From a virus (Duplodnaviria; Caudoviricetes): 64,000 nucleotides of DNA. The translations under genes and the position numbers were made by a program. The notes below the pieces were generated by a model. It did no database searches and was not told the DNA's origin. It saw nothing but the letters and a program-made list of their open reading frames with translations. Each line of letters begins with the position of its first letter. Within the stretch, counting starts at the first letter, position 1. The stretch is from the IMG/VR virus record IMGVR_UViG_3300021400_000080, positions 1-64,000 of that record; one strand, 5' to 3'. Below are positions 35,725-44,160 of this stretch, one piece after another.

Positions 35725-35753
35725 GTATGTGATTGTATGGAAATGTATATAAT
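35725..35753 (+). promoter_or_regulatory. Promoter-like element shared with the MTase C-subunit gene
   Basis: 18-bp identity plus TATA-like tail. Confidence 0.6.
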
Positions 35754-35793
35754 CGTACGAGATAATCGAGGAATACCGAAAGGTGAAATGCGA

Positions 35794-36531
35794 ATGACAG
35801 ACGAGAATAAAGCGATTCTGGATAAGGTCGCGCAACTGTCCGAGAGGATAGCCGCGTGCGACTGGACCCCGGACGGAGAGTACCCCGTGAAGGGCAAACC
35901 CCTCCGTTATGTCACCGGGAAGAAGATCAAGCGCACCCTCCGTCCTATCCTCAACGAGATGGGCATCGTGTTCCGCTACGACATGGCAGACGTTCAGTCG
36001 CTACCGGCATGCGGGGTCAAGGAGAACCACGTCCTCATCAGGGGATTCGTCACCCTGACCGACAAGGTAACGGGTCAGTCCATCCAATACTCCGTCATAT
36101 CGGAGGGCGCGGATGCGGGCGATAAGGCGGTCATGTCGGGAGCCGCGTATGCGAAGAGGTTGTTCTGGATAAGCAATTTCGACATCGTGGACGGCATGGA
36201 GAACACCGAGGACGAGGGAGGGGTCTCATCCTCCGATGTCGCGGCCAATCTCATCAGACAGGCGATCCCCGAAACCCCCGCACCGACCCCGACCCCCGTC
36301 CATCCCGTCACCGGATCCGCGGGCGAACCCGTCACATCGCCCGGAGAGGGCAACATCGCCAAGATGCAGGTCCGTGCTATGGACAACGCACTGGCGGCCA
36401 TCAAGAGGGCAGACGACGAGGGACGTATCCTCCACGAATACTACGAGAAGGCACTTGAGATCCGCAAGAAGGCATCCTGCAAGGAGGATGTCGAAGCTCT
36501 GCTCAACATCAAGAGGGAACTCGGACTATGA
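35794..36531 (+). CDS. ERF-family single-strand annealing protein
   Basis: LRPILNEMGI...GADAGDKAV..GAAYAKRLF..SNFDI. Confidence 0.75.
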   Translation: MTDENKAILDKVAQLSERIAACDWTPDGEYPVKGKPLRYVTGKKIKRTLRPILNEMGIVFRYDMADVQSLPACGVKENHVLIRGFVTLTDKVTGQSIQYSVISEGADAGDKAVMSGAAYAKRLFWISNFDIVDGMENTEDEGGVSSSDVAANLIRQAIPETPAPTPTPVHPVTGSAGEPVTSPGEGNIAKMQVRAMDNALAAIKRADDEGRILHEYYEKALEIRKKASCKEDVEALLNIKRELGL

Positions 36532-37565
36532 GGAACTATGTGGCTCCCCGCTATCCGTTCACCATCGCGGATAACCGTGTCTACACGGAGGCCGACGAAG
36601 TATACCATGTGACGGGGACATCCATCGGTGCGCTGCTCGGTCAGTCACCGTGGGAATCCCCGTTCACGGCATCCGCGAAACTGCTCGGATTGTGGCTCGA
36701 AGCGGATGTCGGGGACAAGCCGGCAGTGAACACCGGAAAGGTACTCGAAGAGAGGATCATCGACTACGTTGCGGAGAAACACCCGGATGTCGGACAGTTC
36801 TTCCGTGCGGAGGATCTGTTCGCACCCCGCGAGGGGGACCATGAGAAGTGGCCCTCCGATTTCGAGGATGAGGATTTCCACGGCCATGTCGATGGTATAA
36901 TCTCGAAGGACGGAGTGGACTACATCCTTGAGGTCAAGACCGTGAACGAACGCGGCCTTTCCGCATGGAACGGCTCGATCCCCGCCCATTACCTCTGGCA
37001 AGTGTATCTCTACAATCACTTCCTGACCCAACAGGATAAGGCATATTTCGCTATCGGACTCGTGAACAGCGACACCTACGCGAACCCCTATGTGTGGGTC
37101 CCGAACAAGAACAACTGCCTGCTCATCGAGGTCCCGATAGACCGCGAGATGGTAGCCGCCAAGATCGAAGAGGTACGCGCTATCCGTCATAAGATCGTGG
37201 AGGAACGTGCTACGCTCCCCGCTGATTTCAACGATCCGCGCGATAAGGAACTCATGGTACATCTCATGGACATCTCCGGGGACACCGACAGACTGTTGGA
37301 TGCCACCGCACGTTATGAGGAACTCATGAGACAGATCGACGAGGCCGAGTCGAGGATAAAGCCGCTGAAGGACCAAGCCGAGGACTACAAGACACGCATC
37401 AAGGACATGATGGTCGCACATTCGCTGTCCAGGTGCGCCAATCTCAATCTGACTACGCAGACCCGCGAAACGTTCGATTTCGCCAAGGCGCGCGCGGATG
37501 GATTGAACATCGACCCGTACACCAAAACCACAACCACGAAGATATTAAGGAGGTCTAAGATATGA
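36528..37565 (+). CDS. YqaJ/lambda-exonuclease-family nuclease
   Basis: TGTSIGALLG..PWES, GHVDG, LEVKT, YLWQVYLY. Confidence 0.85.
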   Translation: MRNYVAPRYPFTIADNRVYTEADEVYHVTGTSIGALLGQSPWESPFTASAKLLGLWLEADVGDKPAVNTGKVLEERIIDYVAEKHPDVGQFFRAEDLFAPREGDHEKWPSDFEDEDFHGHVDGIISKDGVDYILEVKTVNERGLSAWNGSIPAHYLWQVYLYNHFLTQQDKAYFAIGLVNSDTYANPYVWVPNKNNCLLIEVPIDREMVAAKIEEVRAIRHKIVEERATLPADFNDPRDKELMVHLMDISGDTDRLLDATARYEELMRQIDEAESRIKPLKDQAEDYKTRIKDMMVAHSLSRCANLNLTTQTRETFDFAKARADGLNIDPYTKTTTTKILRRSKI

Positions 37566-38014
37566 TTACACCTACACCCTGGATTCTAAGCAGCATGGTC
37601 GCAAAAGCAACCGTCCCTCTCTGCGAGGGCAACCACACCCTTCAGATCACGGAGGCATCGTTCAAGGACGATGAGAACTACTACTCCCTCACCCTCAAGT
37701 CCCTCGACGAAGAGGACGAGCAGTCCACCCTCCGCTACTACATCATCAAGAAGGACGGGACCAGGAACGAACAGGCCATCGGCACGCTGAACAAACTCGG
37801 ACACTGCATTTTCGGACTTCCGGAGGATCAGGTCGGAATCCCCAACCCGGAGGACATCGTGAACGGCATCGTCAGGGGATTCGTCAAGCACAATGTCTAC
37901 GAGGGCAAGGAGTTCGTGAACATCTACGAGTACACCCCCGTAGACAAAAAGACCCTTGAGATCGCCAAGGAATCCGGCATCACCGTTCTGGACCAGTACG
38001 CAATCGAGGGATGA
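37562..38014 (+). CDS. Putative OB-fold ssDNA-binding protein (DUF669-like)
   Basis: EGNHTLQITEA...VKHNVYEGKEFVNI; located in the recombination module. Confidence 0.55.
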   Translation: MITPTPWILSSMVAKATVPLCEGNHTLQITEASFKDDENYYSLTLKSLDEEDEQSTLRYYIIKKDGTRNEQAIGTLNKLGHCIFGLPEDQVGIPNPEDIVNGIVRGFVKHNVYEGKEFVNIYEYTPVDKKTLEIAKESGITVLDQYAIEG

Positions 38015-38304
38015 GTATGGTATTCGTCCGTACATCCACCATCAAGAACAAGGGGAACGGACGGGTAATCTACATCCCCGCAGAATGGGGATTCAAGGCG
38101 GGGGATTGGGTCACTATCCGCATGGCTAAAACCGGTGCGACGTGGCCCTATTCCCTCACGACCCGTATCAAGCCGCAGAAAACGGGATCGGATTACATCA
38201 ATATCCCCCCCGAATGGCCGTTGTTCATCGGGGATATGGTCGATGTGAAGATCACCTATGCAGACATCCCCAGGACGGAGATGGCGAAGGATGCCAACCC
38301 CTGA
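38011..38304 (+). CDS. Tandem AbrB-like DNA-binding protein
   Basis: IYIPAEWGFKAGDWV and INIPPEWPLFIGDMV repeats. Confidence 0.6.
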   Translation: MSMVFVRTSTIKNKGNGRVIYIPAEWGFKAGDWVTIRMAKTGATWPYSLTTRIKPQKTGSDYINIPPEWPLFIGDMVDVKITYADIPRTEMAKDANP

Positions 38305-38620
38305 ACAGCTCATCAAGAGGGACCTCAAGAGGTTCATCGAGGGCATCGGGGGTTATTGGGTATCCGTCCAAGGGGGACCCGGCTCCAAGCCGGGGGACCC
38401 CGACATCATCGCATGTATCGACGGAAGGTTCATCGGCATCGAGGCCAAGACCGACACGGGAAGATAGTCGGAGATCCAAAAGCACCGCTGCGAACAGATA
38501 ATGTCGGCAGGGGGAGTCTATCTTACTGTGCGGTCGTTGGAGGACCTTAGACAAGGACTCCGCGATGCGGGGATTCCCGGACTCCGAGACGGGCGCGAAA
38601 CCCGTCCTAAAACCCCTTAA
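38291..38620 (+). CDS. VRR-NUC (PD-D/ExK) nuclease/resolvase with in-frame TAG at codon 59 (38465-38467)
   Basis: GDPDIIACIDGRFIGIEAKTDTGR*SEIQKHRCEQIMSAGGVYLTVRSLEDL; the conserved SxxQ...GG...RS.ED half lies after the TAG. Confidence 0.9.
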
Positions 38621-38692
38621 CCACTTTTCGATTATCCATTAGTCCTAACACCACGAAATACCTTAAATAGTCCATATTTTGATTCATTCATC

Positions 38693-38935
38693 ATGGCAGA
38701 TATGATGGACAAAACCATTAGCGCGATACTCACTGCGTTCGTCGCGGTGATATTGATCGCTTCTGCGTTCATCCCTACTGCCATTCAGCAGATCGACACT
38801 CTCAACGACAAGTACGGGTCGGATGTAGCGGGTTACACCGCACTCATCTCGACGGTCATCATTGTGACGATTGTCGGTATCATAATCGGCATAGTGAAAA
38901 CCTACTCCTCCGGAAAAGGCGATGGAGACCGTTGA
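38693..38935 (+). CDS. Two-helix hydrophobic protein, spindle-virus capsid-like (minor/divergent)
   Basis: Two hydrophobic helices, F-I-P turn motif, 80 aa. Confidence 0.6.
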   Translation: MADMMDKTISAILTAFVAVILIASAFIPTAIQQIDTLNDKYGSDVAGYTALISTVIIVTIVGIIIGIVKTYSSGKGDGDR

Positions 38936-38962
38936 TCTGACGAATATCGGAAGGTATGAACA

Positions 38963-39205
38963 ATGAACACCGAAGATTTCACCAGCAAAGTTGTCGGCAT
39001 CGTGATTGCCGTCATCGTGATCGCGGTCGTTGCCATCCCCATCATCAATGGCATGATCGGAACCGACGGAACCCCTGAGGGATCCACCTACCCCATCCAG
39101 TCCGGCTCCACCGAAGCTACCATCATCAAGGTCATCCCCATCTTCCTCATCCTGGCCGTCCTGATGGGAGTCGTCTACATGTTCCTCAACGGAAAGAAGA
39201 ACTGA
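38963..39205 (+). CDS. Spindle-shaped-virus-type major capsid protein (SSV1 VP1/VP3-like)
   Basis: VVGIVIAVIVIAVVAIPIIN...TIIKVIPIFLILAVL parallels SSV1 VP1 as I recall it (LFIFILIGIVLLPVIV...TLLNLVPLFYILVLI). Confidence 0.7.
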   Translation: MNTEDFTSKVVGIVIAVIVIAVVAIPIINGMIGTDGTPEGSTYPIQSGSTEATIIKVIPIFLILAVLMGVVYMFLNGKKN

Positions 39206-39218
39206 AGGAGGCATGAAA

Positions 39219-39434
39219 ATGAACACCGAAGATTTCACCAGCAAGGTTGTCACCGTTGTCATCGCGGTCATCGTGATTGCTGTCGTGGCCATCCCCGTCA
39301 TCAATCAGGCGGCCGAGGAAAGCGGAGCCGACAACACCACCAAGACCATCCTGGGAGTCATTCCCATCTTCCTCATCCTGGCCGTCCTCATGACCGTGGT
39401 CTACATGTTCATGAACGGCAAGAAGGACAACTGA
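39219..39434 (+). CDS. Second spindle-virus-type capsid protein paralog
   Basis: Near-identical helices to 38963-39205; two 26-bp identical DNA blocks. Confidence 0.7.
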   Translation: MNTEDFTSKVVTVVIAVIVIAVVAIPVINQAAEESGADNTTKTILGVIPIFLILAVLMTVVYMFMNGKKDN

Positions 39435-39444
39435 TCGCAGAACC

Positions 39445-39478
39445 ACGGGGGGTAGGGTTTACCCCCCAACCTTTTTTC
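39445..39478 (+). terminator. GC hairpin plus T-tract after the capsid operon
   Basis: GGGGGGTAGGGTTTACCCCCC-AACCTTTTTT. Confidence 0.7.
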
Positions 39479-39616
39479 ACGACTGCGTAGTTTTTATACA
39501 TCCCACTCATTAGGAGGATTGAGGTTGCCTACATCCTCCGGGGGGTTCTCGATTCCTCCCCCCGATATTCCTTTTTTGTATGCACGTTTTATAAACCACG
39601 TTTCCGATAATCGAGT

Positions 39617-42127
39617 ATGCAGACAGGAATGAAAGCGGGTCTTGCAATCGTCCTCGCGGTATTCCTCACGGGCATCGTGGGGTTCCTCACCGCAGTCGTG
39701 CCGGAGGACGAGGAAAGGACCTATTACGACCAAGTGAGCGATCTGACTCCGATTGTGGATGCCAGCGCAATCGACTCGTACACGGAATATAACCCGGTGA
39801 CGAATGTCAGCGGATGGGCGAACATAGAAGGTGTGACGATCCCCACATTAACGACTGGCATATCTGCATATCCGTACAGATATACCACTGCCGGAGAGGA
39901 TAGCGATATATCCAGATCGGTGAAGTTCGCAGCAGTCCTCGATGAATATCCTGATGATCCAGAGAAGTCATATTTCTGGCCCGTTGCTAAAATCTATTCG
40001 TTGTATGAATCCTCAATCCCTAACAGTATCGAGTACAACGATGTAGAGATAGCAACGTCGGGCAGAGGTAATATAAGCGTAACCAAGGAGTATCAGGAAG
40101 GGGAATCGTTCGCAATCTGCATACTCCACATAGATACGCAAACGGCACAGCCAATCCATCAATTCACATACGAGGTCCACGTTAGTCCAACGTCTCAAAA
40201 CAATTTCCGTCAGACCATCTCGACACTGGCGGTATTGGATAACCAGACATCGAGGACGATAACCGTGGGATGGGGGGAGAACTTCGAGTTACAGATCAAT
40301 GTGTCATTGGGCGCACATCAGACCATCCGTGTGGACATGTTATCCCACGAAGGATATAGAGGACAGAATATCTTGTTAGATAATGGCGAGATCGTCAATG
40401 GTTTTTCATCGAATCCGGTATCGCCTAAAGAATATTACGGAGGGGGATTGGATCAGCAGTATGCCCAAGGCGCACCTTCCACACGCACGACCTCTATCTC
40501 CAATTATCTTGTAGTGGACGGCCGCCATCTGACTACCGAATACGGAGCATACACCGTATATCCGCTGTCCATGTATTTCCCGCAGTCGGCATCCATCCAG
40601 GACGGGACCTTCATATCCATAGCCGGACTGAAATATGCGATGCCCACAACGTTCTATCATGGCACACGGACATGGGACGGCGGAGATTCAGGAGATGATG
40701 TATCGGGAACGTGCCGTACCAACATATCCTCGATAGGGTATGACCATCTTGTTTATGTCAAGGATAACGAGAAGTGGTATCCGGGAGTATTGTCCGAGAA
40801 CGGGTTGTATTATGAGGCCGACATGACTAAACCGGGATATGGTATCGACGAGATATTCATGTTCGCATACGGGTTCAAGCAAGCTGCGACAATCAATGCA
40901 ACGGAGATCGAGGTACAGTACGAATATATCGACGGTACTAAATTCGTTACAGTTGCAGACGGTATCACTGCGAAATGGTCCAATTACATGGACAGTACGG
41001 TAGGCGGCAAGACGGTGACGGTTCCCTATAACAACGGAGCAATCGTGCTTTTGACCGAGCCGGGAACAACCATATCGTCCGATAAAGTGTTCTATAAGGA
41101 CACCGACGGCAACGTGACCCAAGGTAGTATGACACTTACCGTTCCTACATCCATCCCCTACTCGATGGCCCGTGTGACGTTGGACTTCCAGAACAATACC
41201 TACTATGCACAGGGTATCGTGTGGGGATCCATCGACGAGGACGAGAGGGGAACGGGCAACTGGACCCTCCGTCCTTACCAGTATCCGATCTCAATCGGAC
41301 TGAATGGCATCCCTGACGTATCCTACGTCCAGGGGATCTCCGTTGAAAAAGCCGGGGGAACCAAGGTATTCGTTCTTGAGACCAGCGTGCAGACCGACCC
41401 GATGGGCAGATTATGGGGTGATCCCACCATCTATCTCGGATACTTCTTCCCTGACTACTTCACCCACGACAGTGCAACCGGCAACACGGGAGTACCTACG
41501 ACCGCCATCCGTATGCTCATCAACGGAGTTGTGAGTTACGGGACCTCGCTGACTATCAACGGACAGTATATGCCCGTGGCAGACGGGAACATCACGTTCA
41601 CCTACTACACCTACGAGACGGAGACCATTCCCTCCACCGACCCGAACGTCCCGCCTACAACCAACACGATCACCGTCACCAACGAGGGCAACATGCCGGT
41701 CAAGGGTATGGCGATAGATTGGGAGGATGGGCATGTCTATCTTGTGTTCACCGAACAGGGTAAGACCCGTTACGATCTCGGAGAATACGATACGACCGCG
41801 GCCAATGTGGTCATCGCGGGTACGGACACAGGGAAGGACACCGTTGTAACGGACATCATAAGCGGAACGGGGACATGGTATTGGCAGTCCAACCTCTACA
41901 CGATTAACCACGAGATCGAAACGGTCCTCAAACTCGACCTCACACAAGGTTTGTCGGGTTGGGGAATGACGTTACAGGTCTCGATGCTGCTCTTCGCGGG
42001 TATGCTCATCGTGGGGGTTGCCATCGTCCACTACTACTACCGCGACTCCGACGAACCGATGGGAATCCTTGATTGGGTTATTATAGGATTAGCGATATTG
42101 TTATGCTTAGGAGTTGCAGCAATATGA
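39617..42127 (+). CDS. Large membrane-anchored virion protein (tail/terminal fibre candidate)
   Basis: 836 aa; N-terminal TM, Thr/Tyr/Gly-rich beta body, two C-terminal TMs. Confidence 0.7.
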   Translation: MQTGMKAGLAIVLAVFLTGIVGFLTAVVPEDEERTYYDQVSDLTPIVDASAIDSYTEYNPVTNVSGWANIEGVTIPTLTTGISAYPYRYTTAGEDSDISRSVKFAAVLDEYPDDPEKSYFWPVAKIYSLYESSIPNSIEYNDVEIATSGRGNISVTKEYQEGESFAICILHIDTQTAQPIHQFTYEVHVSPTSQNNFRQTISTLAVLDNQTSRTITVGWGENFELQINVSLGAHQTIRVDMLSHEGYRGQNILLDNGEIVNGFSSNPVSPKEYYGGGLDQQYAQGAPSTRTTSISNYLVVDGRHLTTEYGAYTVYPLSMYFPQSASIQDGTFISIAGLKYAMPTTFYHGTRTWDGGDSGDDVSGTCRTNISSIGYDHLVYVKDNEKWYPGVLSENGLYYEADMTKPGYGIDEIFMFAYGFKQAATINATEIEVQYEYIDGTKFVTVADGITAKWSNYMDSTVGGKTVTVPYNNGAIVLLTEPGTTISSDKVFYKDTDGNVTQGSMTLTVPTSIPYSMARVTLDFQNNTYYAQGIVWGSIDEDERGTGNWTLRPYQYPISIGLNGIPDVSYVQGISVEKAGGTKVFVLETSVQTDPMGRLWGDPTIYLGYFFPDYFTHDSATGNTGVPTTAIRMLINGVVSYGTSLTINGQYMPVADGNITFTYYTYETETIPSTDPNVPPTTNTITVTNEGNMPVKGMAIDWEDGHVYLVFTEQGKTRYDLGEYDTTAANVVIAGTDTGKDTVVTDIISGTGTWYWQSNLYTINHEIETVLKLDLTQGLSGWGMTLQVSMLLFAGMLIVGVAIVHYYYRDSDEPMGILDWVIIGLAILLCLGVAAI

Positions 42128-42390
42128 TGTCACCGCAGGAGTTCATCGACATGCTTGCCCAGGCCTTCTTCCAGGGCAATACGCAGATCGCGGGCATAGT
42201 CGTGTTCACCGCTGTCCTCGCCATCATATACCTCCTGTTCGCGCAGAGGAATATCACCGTAGGTCTTATCCTTACCCTCCCTACGACCCTCGTGTTCTCG
42301 CTGATGGGTATTCTGCCGGAGGTCCTGACCATCCTCGTGGTGATCGTAACCATCCTCGCCCTCGTCCATAAGTTCAAGGAGATGTCGTGA
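42124..42390 (+). CDS. Small multi-TM virion membrane protein
   Basis: 88 aa, hydrophobic, ATGA-coupled. Confidence 0.75.
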   Translation: MMSPQEFIDMLAQAFFQGNTQIAGIVVFTAVLAIIYLLFAQRNITVGLILTLPTTLVFSLMGILPEVLTILVVIVTILALVHKFKEMS

Positions 42391-43619
42391 TGATAAGCAG
42401 TATGGGGGGTTCCATGCTCGCCAATGCCCTTTCGGGCGGCGGCGGAGCATCGGAATGGATGCACAAATGGATGCTCATAGGTTTGGGTATCCTGGTATTC
42501 ACCCCCCTGCTGTTCAGTCTGTGGTTCCCTACGGAGTATGAAGGCGAATATGCGGATGTTCAGAACGATATAGAGGAACAGTACCTCCACATGACCGGAT
42601 CCTACTCCACACCCCAACAGAACATCTGGACCCTGACGGGAATCTATACACCATACAATTCCGAGAAATTCGGCTGGACCGATGATGGCTGGCTGTATGG
42701 TTCGGAGGTCAAGACCTATTCCCCGTCGCAGTATCAATCGACCGATCAATTCCCCGGAACGCTGACAGTGAAAAAAGCGGATAACGGGATCTGGTATTAC
42801 ACGTCCGTACCCAACAACTTCCAGGGGATAACCCTCGCCACATGGGACGGGGATAAGGTCACCAATCCGAAGGAGGCATCCGTCTATTCGAGCATCTATT
42901 TCGATAATGCCCACAAGTCGGACAGATTCTTCACCACTACCACGAAAACGGAGACCGCCCAGGGATACTACTACGATTATTCGGGATACAGATACACCTA
43001 TCAGCCGTTGAGCAACTACAATATCGACGTGTCAGGTACGATCACCAAGGTGGATAGGGATACGACATCCCTTTCCCTGATATGGTATCAGTATTCCACG
43101 TTAAGCGGCATAGCCGGGCAGCTCACTATATCGGGCAGCGATTCAGGGGTCAGTTATATCACGTCGGATGACATCATAAGAGTGTTCAACTCCGCGAACA
43201 GCACCGCAGTGTTCGACATGACCTTCAACGGGGTTCCCATGCATCTCCTTATCAGAATGGATCCCTCGCGCCTCGCGTGGTTGAGCGTAGCGGATTGTTA
43301 CAACAGCGGATACTGGAACGTCATGGTATACAGCGATGCGGTCGCGGCATCCCTCTCCGGGGACACCTACGAGTTCAACATCAATACGATGTGGGACACC
43401 ATCGTCAATATCTTCACATTCAACCTCGCCAATGAATACGACATCGACGGTTGGGAGGGATTCGTGGTATCCGTCCTGTTCTCGATGGTCCTCTACTCCG
43501 TCCTGCTCATCATCGCTATGGATCACCCCTTCGTGTTCATAATCATCGGACTGATAGGACTCATTCAGGCAGCTACATCGTTCCTCGGCAGCGGTTCGGG
43601 GTTGTTCGATTTCCTGTGA
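42387..43619 (+). CDS. Membrane-anchored structural protein
   Basis: 410 aa; N-terminal TM, beta-rich body, C-terminal TMs. Confidence 0.75.
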   Translation: MMISSMGGSMLANALSGGGGASEWMHKWMLIGLGILVFTPLLFSLWFPTEYEGEYADVQNDIEEQYLHMTGSYSTPQQNIWTLTGIYTPYNSEKFGWTDDGWLYGSEVKTYSPSQYQSTDQFPGTLTVKKADNGIWYYTSVPNNFQGITLATWDGDKVTNPKEASVYSSIYFDNAHKSDRFFTTTTKTETAQGYYYDYSGYRYTYQPLSNYNIDVSGTITKVDRDTTSLSLIWYQYSTLSGIAGQLTISGSDSGVSYITSDDIIRVFNSANSTAVFDMTFNGVPMHLLIRMDPSRLAWLSVADCYNSGYWNVMVYSDAVAASLSGDTYEFNINTMWDTIVNIFTFNLANEYDIDGWEGFVVSVLFSMVLYSVLLIIAMDHPFVFIIIGLIGLIQAATSFLGSGSGLFDFL

Positions 43620-43663
43620 TAAACCTCTTAATCCTTTTATATGGACAACCGCGATACGAAAGT

Positions 43664-44080
43664 ATGGCAGAATATTGGCTCTATTGGAGCAAGTTCGAGG
43701 ACAACAATAAACGTCCCGGACTGCCCGGAGGATTCAGGACCCTAAAGGATGCGCGCGAATGTGCGTATGAGAACGTTGTCACCAACCATCCCATCGAGAT
43801 CGACGGGTCGGGCGAGGTCATCAAGAAGATCAAGGGCATCGTCTACTCCGAGAAGTCGGGTCGTTCGGGACCTGTCCGTCAGCGTGTCCTCAAGGACGGT
43901 TCCGTGTCCAAGACCAAGATTTTCGTCAATCCCGTCAATACCGCAGCCAAACTTAAAGCCAAGACTGCATCCAAGACATCCTCCAAGACCAAGACCGCGC
44001 CCAAGAAGAAACGCAAATACGGGGAGATCCTGGGCGATGCAGCGGTCGAGTTCGGGTCCGGACTCCTTTCACATCTCTGA
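43664..44080 (+). CDS. Small basic protein (paralog family) with Lys-rich tail
   Basis: FRTLKDARECAY; KTASKTSSKTKTAPKKKRK. Confidence 0.7.
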   Translation: MAEYWLYWSKFEDNNKRPGLPGGFRTLKDARECAYENVVTNHPIEIDGSGEVIKKIKGIVYSEKSGRSGPVRQRVLKDGSVSKTKIFVNPVNTAAKLKAKTASKTSSKTKTAPKKKRKYGEILGDAAVEFGSGLLSHL

Positions 44081-44160
44081 AACCCCTTATCCCCCCTACG
44101 GGGGGAATCTACCCGTCCTTTTTATATGCGCTATCGTGATTACTTCATAAAGTGATAGCC

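Noticed and set aside
38693-39434. Conjugative VirB2/Ced-type pilins
   Set aside because: No VirB4, coupling protein or relaxase seen, and the helices match the fusellovirus pattern. It remains an alternative if flanks encode a T4SS.
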